DNA of 64,000 bases from Dehalococcoidia bacterium (GCA_046583455.1 JAYGCG010000094.1:2121-66120); one strand, 5' to 3'. Positions 18,337 through 27,864 are shown, counted from the first letter of the stretch. The notes: generated by a model not told the origin, from the sequence alone. Made by a program: numbers and translations.

Positions 18337-21120
18337 ATGGCGGACGACACGATCAAATTTACGGTAGACGGCCAGGAGATCGAGGCCAAACCTGGCCAGA
18401 CGATCATCCAGGCTGCGCAGGACGCGGATATCTACATCCCGTACCTTTGCTACTTCCCTGGAATGAAGCCGTACGGCGCCTGCCGCATGTGTGTGGTGTC
18501 CACCGAGACCGGTGGCCGCAAGGGCATTCAGGCTTCCTGTACTACTCCTGTCATGGCAGACATGATCGTGGAGACAAACAGCGAGGAGGTTGTGGATCTC
18601 CGGCGTGGAATTACCGATCTGCTCATGTCCGAGCATCCGCACGGCTGCCTGACCTGCCACCGTGCCGAATTGTGCGGCCCCCAGGACATCTGCCAGCGCC
18701 ACGTGGCCGTGACCGACCGCTGTACCATCTGCCCCAAAAACGAGCGATGTGAGCTTAAGGACACCGTCCGCTTCATGAAGCTGGACCTGAACTCTTCGCT
18801 CAATTACCACCGGCGTGACCTTCCGATCCACACCGACGACCCGTTCTACGACCGTGACTACAACCTGTGCATCGTCTGCGTCCGCTGTGTACGTGCATGC
18901 GACGAAGTACGCGGTGACACCGCTCTATCGCTGGTGTCCCGTTCAGGAGTTGCTCTCGTAGGCACGTCCCGCGGCACTTCGCTTCTTGAGTCCGGGTGCG
19001 AGTTCTGCGGTGCCTGTATAGATGCCTGTCCCACCGGCGCGCTGGTAGAGCGCGACTACAAATGGGAGAAAGCGTCCACCAAGGTCAAGACCGTCTGCAC
19101 AAACTGCCCCGTCGGGTGCGAGTTCGTGATGGACATCAATGACATAAACAAGGTCGTCCGCATGACGGGCGACCTGTCGGGCGAGGCCGGCCACGGCCAG
19201 GCTTGCTTCAAGGGCAAGTTCGGGTACGACTACCCGAACCACGTTCGTCGGTTGAAGTACCCGATGGTACGCATCGACGGCGAGCTGAAGCGCACTACCT
19301 GGGAGGTTGCCCTTGAGGCGGCGTCTCAGGGTCTTTCACAGCATCTTCCTGAAGAGCGCGGTGTAATTCTCTCGCCACGTGGCACCAACGAAGATCACTA
19401 CGTTGGCCAGAAGTTTGCACGAACGGTGCTCGGCACAAACAACGTGGATACCGGGCTCAACCGGTCAGCAGAGCTGCTGGCAACACTCGCGGCAGCGCCG
19501 GGCCACGGAACTGCCACGAACCCGATCTGGGGTATCGAGAGTTCGAAGTGTGTCCTGGTCGTCGCCGGCAACCCGACGGAAGAGCAGAACGTGCTCGCCG
19601 TGCCGGTGAAGAAGGCCGTGCGCGCTGGCGCAAGTTTGATCGTTATCGACCCACGTGAGACCGAGCTGACCCGCTACGCAACTAACTGGCTCCGCCCACG
19701 GCCCGGGACCGAAATCACGCTGCTGGGTGGGTTGGCCCGGGTGATCCTGGACGAAGCGCTTGAGGACAAGGATTTTGTCCGGGACCGGCTTGATGGACTG
19801 GACGAGTTCAAAAAGGCGATCTGGTCCTTTGATCTGATGCGAGTTTCCCAGATAACCGGGGTAACCGAAGACGAAATTCGGTCCGCAGCGAGGGCGTACG
19901 GCAACGGAAGTCCGGCTTCGCTCTTGCATGGTACGGATGGGGTCGTCGCCGAGGACCACGCAGACCTTCTGGCCGCAGTAATGAACCTGGCGCTGATGAC
20001 CGGAAACATCGGTCGCGTTGGCGGCGGGGTCTACCCGTTGTACTCAGGAGCCAACACGCAAGGCGGCAATGATGTCGGCGCTGCGCCGGATCTGCTGCCG
20101 GGTTACAGGTCTGTCTCTTCAGACACCGACCGCGACGCGATCTCATCAGCAGCCGGCGGCACGTACCCGCAACGGCCGGGTATATCCGTCCGGGAGATGG
20201 TGGCCGGTAACGGCATCAAAGCGCTGGTTGTACTGGCGGACGGATGGAATCCAGACGTCGCAGGAATGACGACAGACGGCCTGGACAACCCGGGATTCAT
20301 GGTCGTGTCCGATGCGTTTATGTCTGATACGGCCTCCAGAGCGGACGTAGTGCTCCCCGCTGCGACTTACGCCGAGGTGTCCGGGACGATCACGAACCTG
20401 GAGCGGCGTGTCCAGAAGGTCAATCCGGGACTTGAGCTTCGCCACGAAGAGCGTGAGGGCTGGCGGACACTTGCTGCTCTCGCGAACGCCATGGGCGGTT
20501 CCGGCTTCGAATACGAATCTTCTTCGGAAGTATTTGAGGAGATCCGAAAAGTGGTCCCGGATTACGCCGGACTCACTCACTCCCGACTTGAAGGCAGGGG
20601 TATTCAGACGCCGGCACGTGATGAAGCATCACGCGGCACAGAAATCATGTTCAGTTCGGAAGAGCGGCTTTCGGTCGTTCCCATGGCTATCCGTGAACCC
20701 ATTTCCCTGCCGAACGGCGAATATCCGTTCACGCTGGGTCATGGACGCGTATTGCTACGTCCAGAAGAGGATTTGCAGGTCGTTCGGGATGAACGGAGCA
20801 TGAACTACATAGAGCGGGATACATTCATAGAGATCCATCCTGAGGATGCAACAGATCTTGACGTTTCTGAAGGGGATCGAGTCGCCATAAACGCACAACT
20901 GGACGCATCTGCGTCACCGTTGCCTGAGTTCGGTTACGTAAGACTGTCATCGCCACATCGTGGATTTGTTTCCGTGACGACACTGTTCGCGGAAGTCGTC
21001 ACCGGCATCCAGGATTCCGGTGATATTGACATCTCGCCATCGGTCAGAGGCCTTCCATTGCGCCATGTATCGCTGGCGAAAGCGCCGGTACTGCGCGAAG
21101 CTGGTATGGCTGCAGACTGA
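18337..21120 (+). CDS. NuoG / formate dehydrogenase alpha-like molybdopterin-fold subunit; Sec/Cys-His active-site dipeptide not conserved
   Basis: N-terminal 2Fe-2S ferredoxin, 'HPHGCLTCHRAELC', 'CIVCVRCVRAC', 'CEFCGACIDACPTGAL', 'CTNCPVGCEF'. The block 'KFARTVLGTNNVDTGLNRSAELL' aligns with FdhF 'KFARAVIGTNNVDCCARVUHGPS', giving Ser-Ala where U/C-His is expected. Start moved to ATG 18337, which has AGGAG 10 nt upstream. Confidence 0.75.
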   Translation: MADDTIKFTVDGQEIEAKPGQTIIQAAQDADIYIPYLCYFPGMKPYGACRMCVVSTETGGRKGIQASCTTPVMADMIVETNSEEVVDLRRGITDLLMSEHPHGCLTCHRAELCGPQDICQRHVAVTDRCTICPKNERCELKDTVRFMKLDLNSSLNYHRRDLPIHTDDPFYDRDYNLCIVCVRCVRACDEVRGDTALSLVSRSGVALVGTSRGTSLLESGCEFCGACIDACPTGALVERDYKWEKASTKVKTVCTNCPVGCEFVMDINDINKVVRMTGDLSGEAGHGQACFKGKFGYDYPNHVRRLKYPMVRIDGELKRTTWEVALEAASQGLSQHLPEERGVILSPRGTNEDHYVGQKFARTVLGTNNVDTGLNRSAELLATLAAAPGHGTATNPIWGIESSKCVLVVAGNPTEEQNVLAVPVKKAVRAGASLIVIDPRETELTRYATNWLRPRPGTEITLLGGLARVILDEALEDKDFVRDRLDGLDEFKKAIWSFDLMRVSQITGVTEDEIRSAARAYGNGSPASLLHGTDGVVAEDHADLLAAVMNLALMTGNIGRVGGGVYPLYSGANTQGGNDVGAAPDLLPGYRSVSSDTDRDAISSAAGGTYPQRPGISVREMVAGNGIKALVVLADGWNPDVAGMTTDGLDNPGFMVVSDAFMSDTASRADVVLPAATYAEVSGTITNLERRVQKVNPGLELRHEEREGWRTLAALANAMGGSGFEYESSSEVFEEIRKVVPDYAGLTHSRLEGRGIQTPARDEASRGTEIMFSSEERLSVVPMAIREPISLPNGEYPFTLGHGRVLLRPEEDLQVVRDERSMNYIERDTFIEIHPEDATDLDVSEGDRVAINAQLDASASPLPEFGYVRLSSPHRGFVSVTTLFAEVVTGIQDSGDIDISPSVRGLPLRHVSLAKAPVLREAGMAAD

Positions 21121-21254
21121 TCGTCCGTGTTGTCCCGCGAGGGTTCACACGATCGGAGAAAATCAGATCTGCATCTTGAAAACGCTTCCCGAATCTAACT
21201 AGACGGAAAGCACGAAAATGGCCTCGTGCAGATACACGGGACCAACTAGGAGAA

Positions 21255-21584
21255 ATGATGAGCAAGCCCGCCGCTGTCACGGACAGCAGTTTTGATGTTG
21301 AGGTACTCCAGTCCGACCTACCGGTACTGGTAGATTTCTGGGCTGACTGGTGTGGTCCCTGCAAGATGGTGGCCCCGGTTGTAGAAGAGTTGGCGGCCGA
21401 ATATGAGGGAACGGTCAAGTTCGCCAAGGTAGATGTAGACGCGAACCCGGTGACCGCCGGAAAGTACGGCGTCCGCAGCATTCCGACACTTCTGATTTTC
21501 AAGGACGGAAAGCCCGTCGGTCAGGTCGTCGGAGCTGTCCCGAAACAGGTTCTTGAGGCCCGACTCAAAGAGTCGATCGCCTAG
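21255..21584 (+). CDS. trxA: Thioredoxin
   Basis: '[10 protein letters not shown]' active site, 109 aa. Confidence 0.95.
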   Translation: MMSKPAAVTDSSFDVEVLQSDLPVLVDFWADWCGPCKMVAPVVEELAAEYEGTVKFAKVDVDANPVTAGKYGVRSIPTLLIFKDGKPVGQVVGAVPKQVLEARLKESIA

Positions 21585-21616
21585 GTACAGTACCGGCCGG
21601 AAAACGGCATGAAATA

Positions 21617-21650
21617 AAGACAGCCGGTGCCTTAATGGCTCGGCTGTCTT
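21617..21650 (+). terminator. Stem-loop after trxA (possible terminator or processing hairpin upstream of tRNA-Sec)
   Basis: Perfect 10-bp arms AAGACAGCCG / CGGCTGTCTT around a 14-nt loop, 32 nt after the trxA stop. No U-tract follows. Confidence 0.4.
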
Positions 21651-21735
21651 CGCGTTCCCGGGCATTTTTGAACGATTGGCCGCGGGCGGTTCGTCGCTGC
21701 CGGTCGGGGCGGCGTAAACTGTCCCGGCCTACCAA

Positions 21736-21833
21736 GGGAGTGTATGGGCTCTGGTGGGCTCCACGGACTTCAAACCCGATGGGGGGCATCCTTCGATGTC
21801 CTCGGGGGGTTCGACTCCCTCACGCTCCCGCCA
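21736..21833 (+). tRNA. selC: tRNA-Sec (anticodon UCA), 98 nt with encoded CCA
   Basis: 8-bp acceptor GGGAGTGT/ACGCTCCC. 6-bp D stem (GGGCTC/GGGCTC with G-U pairs) and 4-nt D loop TGGT. Anticodon loop CTTCAAA. 7-bp extra arm GGGCATC-CTTC-GATGTCC. T arm GGGGG-TTCGACT-CCCTC. Discriminator G, CCA at 21831-21833. Weak point: the anticodon stem is only 3+3 bp, with a bulge and an A.C closing mismatch. Confidence 0.85.
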
Positions 21834-22065
21834 CATAGCTAATTTAAATGTAGCTTGATGCTGCCGAATGAAAGCTCCGGACGGATGATTCCGCCGGGGC
21901 TTTTTCGCACTTATACGGTCTTGCTATAGATGCTGACGGCGTAGACGGCTTCTGCACCCAGTGACATCCAGGGGGCGACGTATGACTCGGTCTTCTGGAC
22001 GTCTGAAACTCATAGCCCGCGCGTCATTCCTACAATCTCGCCCGCGCCCGCCGGAGTATCCCTGG

Positions 22066-22284
22066 CTAAAAAGGGGTGCCGGGTGGCCGCCTGTCCTCGC
22101 CACTGGCAATAATCTCGTCTATATAGACATCACCGTTGCGAATTTTGAGGTTGAATCCACATCCGGGTTTTGAGCAAACCCAGGCTTTGTAATGAACTGA
22201 CGATCCCCGTGCCCCGAAATCTGACAGTGGCAACAGGACACCCTCGTGACACACACGGCAAGTTGGAAACTCCGACCCACCCAC
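22066..22284 (-). CDS. Small zinc-ribbon protein (CxxC...Cx4C), hypothetical
   Basis: 72 aa, 'CRVCHEGVLLPL....VCSKPGCGF' resembles a YgiT/MqsA-type zinc finger. Lies in the AT-richer stretch next to tRNA-Sec. GTG start abuts GAGGGGG. Confidence 0.35.
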   Translation of the reverse strand: MGGSEFPTCRVCHEGVLLPLSDFGARGSSVHYKAWVCSKPGCGFNLKIRNGDVYIDEIIASGEDRRPPGTPF

Positions 22285-22743
22285 CCCCTCGTAGTGATGG
22301 CGCGACTACGGTCCCGGGCCTCCCCCGGGGCACCGCAACGGGCTCTTATGTGTTTGTTCGACTTGAATTCTCTTCAGAAGGTCAACAACTAGAGGCGACC
22401 TCCACCGAGATATCAGAATCCAGAGATGATCTGGATGTCGAACTCAACCTACCATTTCTCACTAGCTGGTTGAAGTGCCATGCAACTTTTTTATGACGCC
22501 CGCTGAGACCAGAGAGCGCGGACAAATAATCGGATCTACTTCCTCCGTCGCTACATGCATTTCTGGATGTGGGTTGGCGTGATGCTGAACCACAGCGGAT
22601 TCGTCTGAAACATATGCAACAACCGGGATCATTCGCCTCATCTGAATTGCAGTGTGAGTTCTTCAGCGATATCCGGGTATAAATGTGATCAACGCGGCAT
22701 CTATTAGCAGAGCGTCACGCGACGGCAACCCTATACTCGGATC

Positions 22744-24054
22744 ATGCGCTCGATTGCTGCCGTAGAGCTTCTTCGCAACCCGATCTTTCGTCGCCTTTGG
22801 TTCGTCACAATGATCGGCGGCCTGAGCGTCGGCGCTACCCTGACAACCCTCGGCTGGGTCGTCGTGGAAGAGTCCGGGTCGCCGTTGCTTGTCTCGTTAG
22901 TGTTGGTGACATTTCTGGCGCCCCAGATGATCGCCGGCCCTGTTGGTGGAGTCCTGGCAGACAGGTACGGTCGCGGGCGCGTCATACGGATAGGGATATC
23001 GGCGCGTCTCGTGCTCGCGATCGCCATGGCCGCATCGCTATTCTGGTTACCACATGAGTTGGCGCCATTATTCGTGATCAACACGGTTCGCGCCGTGACC
23101 TCCGGGGCCACGATTCCGTCCCGCCGGGCGTTCATGGCGGATATCGTGCCGCCGCGCCAGTTGACCACAGCGCTGGCCCTGGACGAGTTTGCGATAACGA
23201 CGACGTTTATGGCCGGGCCAATTGCTACCGGGTTTCTCCTGCTGGTATTGGAACCGAGCGTGATATTTCTCGGGTTGGCAAGCATCTCCGTGGTCGGCGT
23301 TCTCCTCGTGCCGAGCGCCCCGGAGCGACTCCAGTCGAGGGCGATCGGGGCTGACGCAACGCGGCGGCCGTCATTCATCGGTGATCTGCTCGAAGGCTTC
23401 GGCTATATCCGCCGGAGCCGGGTCCTTCTCGGCATAACTGCGATATCGCTCACGGCCGAGCTGCTTGCGTTCAACTACATGACCCTGATTCCGGTGTTCG
23501 CCAAAGAAGTATTCGAGGGCGGTTCCGGGTTACTGGGAATCCTCAACGGGACCATGCCGGTCGGAGAACTTTTCGGCGCGGCGTTCATGGTGGCGTTCGC
23601 CTTGAGGGTTGCAAAACCGGGCCGACTCCTCATGGCCAGCGTCGTCGCCATATTTATGGTCGGTATCCCGCTTGGCGCGTCGACCTGGTTACCTGGGACG
23701 TTAGTACTCCTGGCGGTAATCGGGGGCCTTGGTCAGATGTTCTTCGTAATGACGTCCACGTTGTTACTCAGGGAGACACCGCCACAAGCGAGGGCGAGGG
23801 TGTTGGGGCTGCAGCAGCTGACATGGGGTGCCGGGGCTCTGGGAGGGCTGGTGTCCGGGGCACTGGCTACAGCGTTCAACCCGCACCTCGGGATAATCAT
23901 CCCGTCGGCCATCGGACTGGTGGTCGTGATAGTCATCATCGTCGTATTCCCAGAATTACGTTCAGTCGGCCGGAACATTGCCGAAGATGAGCCGCCTCAA
24001 GAGTCAACGGACGCGACGGTGGCCGGGGCCGGAGTCAACGGGTCCGGTGATTGA
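22744..24054 (+). CDS. MFS transporter
   Basis: 12 or more hydrophobic segments; 'GGVLADRYGRGRVIR' loop 2-3 MFS motif. Confidence 0.8.
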   Translation: MRSIAAVELLRNPIFRRLWFVTMIGGLSVGATLTTLGWVVVEESGSPLLVSLVLVTFLAPQMIAGPVGGVLADRYGRGRVIRIGISARLVLAIAMAASLFWLPHELAPLFVINTVRAVTSGATIPSRRAFMADIVPPRQLTTALALDEFAITTTFMAGPIATGFLLLVLEPSVIFLGLASISVVGVLLVPSAPERLQSRAIGADATRRPSFIGDLLEGFGYIRRSRVLLGITAISLTAELLAFNYMTLIPVFAKEVFEGGSGLLGILNGTMPVGELFGAAFMVAFALRVAKPGRLLMASVVAIFMVGIPLGASTWLPGTLVLLAVIGGLGQMFFVMTSTLLLRETPPQARARVLGLQQLTWGAGALGGLVSGALATAFNPHLGIIIPSAIGLVVVIVIIVVFPELRSVGRNIAEDEPPQESTDATVAGAGVNGSGD

Positions 24055-24061
24055 AATATCA

Positions 24062-24634
24062 TCAGGATTTCCGGTCCTGTTCTAATCCGTAGATACCCGG
24101 TAGTCCCCGGTATCGCTGATCGAGGTCCAGCCCGTAGCCGACCACGAAGTGCCCGGAGAAGGTGAAGCCAACGTAGTCCGCCGTAACTTCCGTTCTGCGA
24201 CGCTCCGGGCGGTCAAGCAGGGTGCAAACGCGCAACGACGACGGACCCTTGCGTCGGAGATGACTGAGCGCCGCGCTTGTGGTCAGACCCGTGTCAACAA
24301 TGTCTTCGACGACTACGACCGGCCTATCCTTGATCGCATCTGCGGGCGGCCCCCATGCGACACGGACATGTCCTGAGCTTTCGGTGCCGGAGTCATAACT
24401 GGATAGCCGCATGAACTCGATCTCGACGGGCAACTTCATCTGTCGTACGAGATCGGCTAGGAAAATGAACGAACCTTTGAGCACACCGATGAGGAGCGGT
24501 GGGTTAGATGCGTAGTCATGATCGATCTCACCGGCGATTGCGACAACGCAATCGGCGATCTGCCCCGGCGTCCAGAGCGGAGTGAGAATCGGATCGCTAG
24601 GGGAGGTTGTCGGTTGCTGATCTGTCTGCTTCAT
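24062..24634 (-). CDS. hpt: Hypoxanthine-guanine phosphoribosyltransferase
   Basis: PRPP-binding 'VVVVEDIVDTGLT'; 'LLIGVLKGSFIFLADL'. Confidence 0.9.
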   Translation of the reverse strand: MKQTDQQPTTSPSDPILTPLWTPGQIADCVVAIAGEIDHDYASNPPLLIGVLKGSFIFLADLVRQMKLPVEIEFMRLSSYDSGTESSGHVRVAWGPPADAIKDRPVVVVEDIVDTGLTTSAALSHLRRKGPSSLRVCTLLDRPERRRTEVTADYVGFTFSGHFVVGYGLDLDQRYRGLPGIYGLEQDRKS

Positions 24635-24821
24635 TAGCCTGATTTCTTATCATTGATTGAGATTGGACTCAGGATATTCGTGGCAGCCATATTAGAGAAC
24701 AGTTTCTCGGGGGACAGCCACGCACTGTGCTGATCCGTCTAACCTGCGGTAACGTTGACGGCAACCCGTATTGAACGCTGGTTGATTCTTTGAATGGCAT
24801 TCCGCTGGCGCCCAACAATCT

Positions 24822-24846
24822 GATCCTGAATCAAGTTCAGGATGAC
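24822..24846 (-). repeat. 25-nt palindromic repeat GATCCTGAATCAAGTTCAGGATGAC (GTCAT family), copy 1
   Basis: Identical 25-mer at 51270-51294. Hairpin ATCCTGAA-TCAAG-TTCAGGAT. Intergenic. Confidence 0.8.
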
Positions 24847-24893
24847 ATTAATCGAGTCCCGAAGATCTTCCCAGAAAATCTTCAAGGAGAACC

Positions 24894-25628
24894 ATGGTCC
24901 AGACGCACGATATCGAACGACCGTCCAAGGCGCTGGTCGAAGGACTATCGAAAATCGGAAGCGCGACCGCGACCGGAGAGTTGAGCCGGCTCGGCGTTAG
25001 TGATCCGCAGATCCTCGGCCCACACCCGTACACCACCGGCAAGTCGATCTGCGGCCCGGCGATCACGTTGCAGTACATGCCCATGCGCGAGGACCTGTAC
25101 CCGCAAGAGGAGTACAAGGACCCGGAAAAGCAGCTTCACCGGCATGCGCTCTATCACACCCAGCCCGGCGATGTGGTGGTCGTGGACGCCCGTGGAGACA
25201 TGTCCAGCGGGGTATTCGGCTCCATGATGCTGACCTACTTCCAGGGACGCGGTGGCGCCGGGATTGTGATCGACGGCGTCATCCGTGACGTGGAAGAAGC
25301 ATCCAAGCTCAACATCGGGATGTGGTTACGTGGTGTTTCCCCGAACCATCACACGCAGACGAACATCATGCCGTTTGCCGTTAACGAACCTATTGCGTGC
25401 GGCGGAACGCTTGTGATGCCGGGCGACATCGTGATCGCAGACGATGACGGCGCGGTAAACGTGCCGATAGCACTGGCCCAGCAGTTGTTGGAGAACGCTT
25501 CGACACACGTCGAATGGGAAGAGTTCACCCGATTACGTTTGCTTGAAGGTGGCGATCTCCGGAAGTATTACCCGCTTCGGGACGATGCGCGGGCCGAGTA
25601 CGAAGAGTGGAAGAAGACCCAAGGCTGA
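24894..25628 (+). CDS. RraA-family protein (4-hydroxy-4-methyl-2-oxoglutarate aldolase / oxaloacetate decarboxylase-like)
   Basis: 'GDVVVVDARGDMSSGVFGSMM......GGAGIVIDGVIRD' RraA-fold motif. Confidence 0.65.
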   Translation: MVQTHDIERPSKALVEGLSKIGSATATGELSRLGVSDPQILGPHPYTTGKSICGPAITLQYMPMREDLYPQEEYKDPEKQLHRHALYHTQPGDVVVVDARGDMSSGVFGSMMLTYFQGRGGAGIVIDGVIRDVEEASKLNIGMWLRGVSPNHHTQTNIMPFAVNEPIACGGTLVMPGDIVIADDDGAVNVPIALAQQLLENASTHVEWEEFTRLRLLEGGDLRKYYPLRDDARAEYEEWKKTQG

Positions 25629-25919
25629 AATAAACGGTTAACTGGCACGCACATTATGTAAACGCTCAGTTATATCCTGGAGTACCGCTTCTGTAACGGT
25701 CCAAAACGGTCACAGATAGCGGTATTTCATGGATGTTTACGCTGTCCCTTCAGTGGTACGCTTAACGTGACGAAATTCGTCGGGCGGCGCTCCACGCACT
25801 GTCGAGCGCCTGACCTGAGCAAGCAACACACGGTCCGGAGCGCGGATTCGACCGCTGGTTCCGGACCTTCTCGCGTTACGGGAATCGCATCCTGGACCGG
25901 GCGCGTTTATAGAGGCAAA

Positions 25920-27761
25920 ATGTCCACGCAGACTCGATCAGATCGTCGTAATATCGCGATCATCGCCCACGTCGACCACGGCAAGACGACGCTCGTCGAC
26001 GCCATGCTTCAGCAATCCGGCGCGTTCACATCACACGAAGAACTCGTGGACCGCGTAATGGACTCCAACGAACTGGAACGTGAAAAAGGCATCACCATCC
26101 TGGCCAAAAATACGGCCGTCTGGTGGGGCGATACGAAGATCAACATCATCGACACGCCCGGCCACGCAGACTTCGGTGGGGAGGTCGAGCGCGGATTGAC
26201 GATGGTGGACGGCGTCCTCCTGCTTGTTGATGCCAGCGAAGGCCCGCTTCCCCAGACCCGTTTCGTCCTCCGGAAGTCGCTCGAAGCGCGGCTCCCGGTA
26301 ATTCTTGTGATCAACAAGATCGACAGGGCGGACGCCCGCATCAAGGAGGTCGTGGATGAGGTTTACGAACTTTTCCTTGACCTTGATGCAGACGACGACC
26401 AGATCGACTTTCCGATCGTCTACACCAACGCCCGAACGGGAACCGCCACGACCGACACCGAGATGCCCGGTGTGAACCTCGACCCGATGTTCGAGACGAT
26501 CATGACCGCCATCCCGGCACCGACGTATAACGACGGCCATCCCCTGCAGGCGCTTGTGACAAACCTTGACGCTTCTCTGTATGTCGGACGGCTGGCTCTC
26601 TGCCGGGTCCGACAGGGCACCATCAAGCGCGGCCAGCAGGTCGCCCACTGCCGGATCGACGGCAGCATTGAGCGCGTCAAAATTACAGAACTTTATGTAA
26701 CAGAAGCGCTTGAACGCGTGGACGCGGAAGAGGCAGGACCGGGCGAGATCATCGCCATCGCCGGATTACCGGACGTGACTATCGGTGAAACACTTGCTGA
26801 TGTTGAAGACCCGCGCCCGCTTCCGGTTATTCGCGTCGACGAGCCAAGTCTGTCTATGACGATCGGCATCAACACCTCTCCGTTTTCTGGCCGAGACGGC
26901 AACAAACTCACGGCACGAATGCTGGAGAATCGACTTAATCAGGAGATTATCGGCAATGTCTCGATCAGGGTGCTGGCCTCCGACCGGCCCGACACGTGGA
27001 TCGTGCAGGGCAGGGGGGAACTCCAGCTAGCGATCCTCATCGAAATGATGCGGCGTGAAGGATTTGAGCTAACCGTCGGAAAGCCCCAAGTCGTGACGAA
27101 GACGATTGACGGCAAGCTGCACGAGCCGATGGAGCGACTGTCCATCGATGTTCCGGATGAGTACATGGGCGCTGTGTCCAAGCTGATGGCAGCCCGCAAG
27201 GCCCGCATGCTTGAGATGGTCAATCACGGCCAGGGGCGGGTGCGGATGGAGTTCGTCGTACCGGCTCGGGGCCTAATCGGGTTCCACAACGAGTTCCTGA
27301 TCGAGACACGCGGCACCGGGATCGCGAACCACGTGTTCGAGGGGTACGAGCCCTGGCACGGTGAGGTTCGCACGCGCCGCACTGGAAGCCTTGTTGCGGA
27401 CCGCACCGGTCAGACCACCGGTTATGCATTGCAGAGCCTGCAGGACCGGGGTCAACTTTTTGTTGCGCCGGGAACGCAGGTTTATGAAGGCATGATCGTC
27501 GGAGAAAACCCGCGGTCGCAAGATATGGATGTAAACCCGACGAAGCCGAAGAAGCAGACCAACATGCGCGCCGCTTCGGCGGATGCCACGGAGCATCTCG
27601 CGATGCACAGGACACTGACTCTGGAAGAGGCGCTCGAGTTCATCATGTCCGACGAGTGCCTTGAAGTGACTCCAAACGCGGTGCGCATCCGCAAGGCGAC
27701 GCTTTCACAGCTTCAGCGCGGGCGTGAGCAGGGCCAGAAGAAGCACGCAAAGACCCGCTAA
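25920..27761 (+). CDS. typA: Translational GTPase TypA/BipA
   Basis: '[17 protein letters not shown]', '[12 protein letters not shown]', 'NKIDR'. The listed ORF (25767) adds an implausible 51-aa Arg/Ser-rich leader, so the start is set at ATG 25920. Confidence 0.92.
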   Translation: MSTQTRSDRRNIAIIAHVDHGKTTLVDAMLQQSGAFTSHEELVDRVMDSNELEREKGITILAKNTAVWWGDTKINIIDTPGHADFGGEVERGLTMVDGVLLLVDASEGPLPQTRFVLRKSLEARLPVILVINKIDRADARIKEVVDEVYELFLDLDADDDQIDFPIVYTNARTGTATTDTEMPGVNLDPMFETIMTAIPAPTYNDGHPLQALVTNLDASLYVGRLALCRVRQGTIKRGQQVAHCRIDGSIERVKITELYVTEALERVDAEEAGPGEIIAIAGLPDVTIGETLADVEDPRPLPVIRVDEPSLSMTIGINTSPFSGRDGNKLTARMLENRLNQEIIGNVSIRVLASDRPDTWIVQGRGELQLAILIEMMRREGFELTVGKPQVVTKTIDGKLHEPMERLSIDVPDEYMGAVSKLMAARKARMLEMVNHGQGRVRMEFVVPARGLIGFHNEFLIETRGTGIANHVFEGYEPWHGEVRTRRTGSLVADRTGQTTGYALQSLQDRGQLFVAPGTQVYEGMIVGENPRSQDMDVNPTKPKKQTNMRAASADATEHLAMHRTLTLEEALEFIMSDECLEVTPNAVRIRKATLSQLQRGREQGQKKHAKTR

Positions 27762-27818
27762 GACCGGTTGGGTCCCCGTGTTTGGGGTTGTCCCGGAACT
27801 GAGGCGTTGACGGGGTCG

Positions 27819-27838
27819 GGGCGTATAGCAATACGCCC
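27819..27838. repeat. Palindrome GGGCGTAT-AGCA-ATACGCCC
   Basis: Perfect 8-bp arms, intergenic after typA. This is the 'GRIAIRP'-type sequence often seen as junk ORFs. Confidence 0.6.
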
Positions 27839-27864
27839 GTTGGCTGGCACGGCTTATTGCAAGA

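Noticed and set aside
18337-21120. Expected Sec (TGA) or Cys in the formate dehydrogenase alpha-like gene
   Set aside because: The ORF is uninterrupted, and the aligned active-site column reads Ser-Ala. It is therefore not a selenoprotein. Reported instead as an atypical or non-catalytic subunit.
22170-22496. 108-aa plus-strand ORF next to tRNA-Sec
   Set aside because: It overlaps the more plausible zinc-ribbon ORF on the other strand, has low-complexity Pro/Thr-rich composition, and has no start context.
25767-25919. N-terminal 51-aa extension of TypA in the ORF track
   Set aside because: The extension is Arg/Ser-rich and overlaps strong RNA hairpins. The canonical TypA N-terminus begins at ATG 25920. 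Similar artificial extensions were trimmed for 47610..48314 (start 48122), 49872..51182 (start 50049) and 18283..21120 (start 18337).
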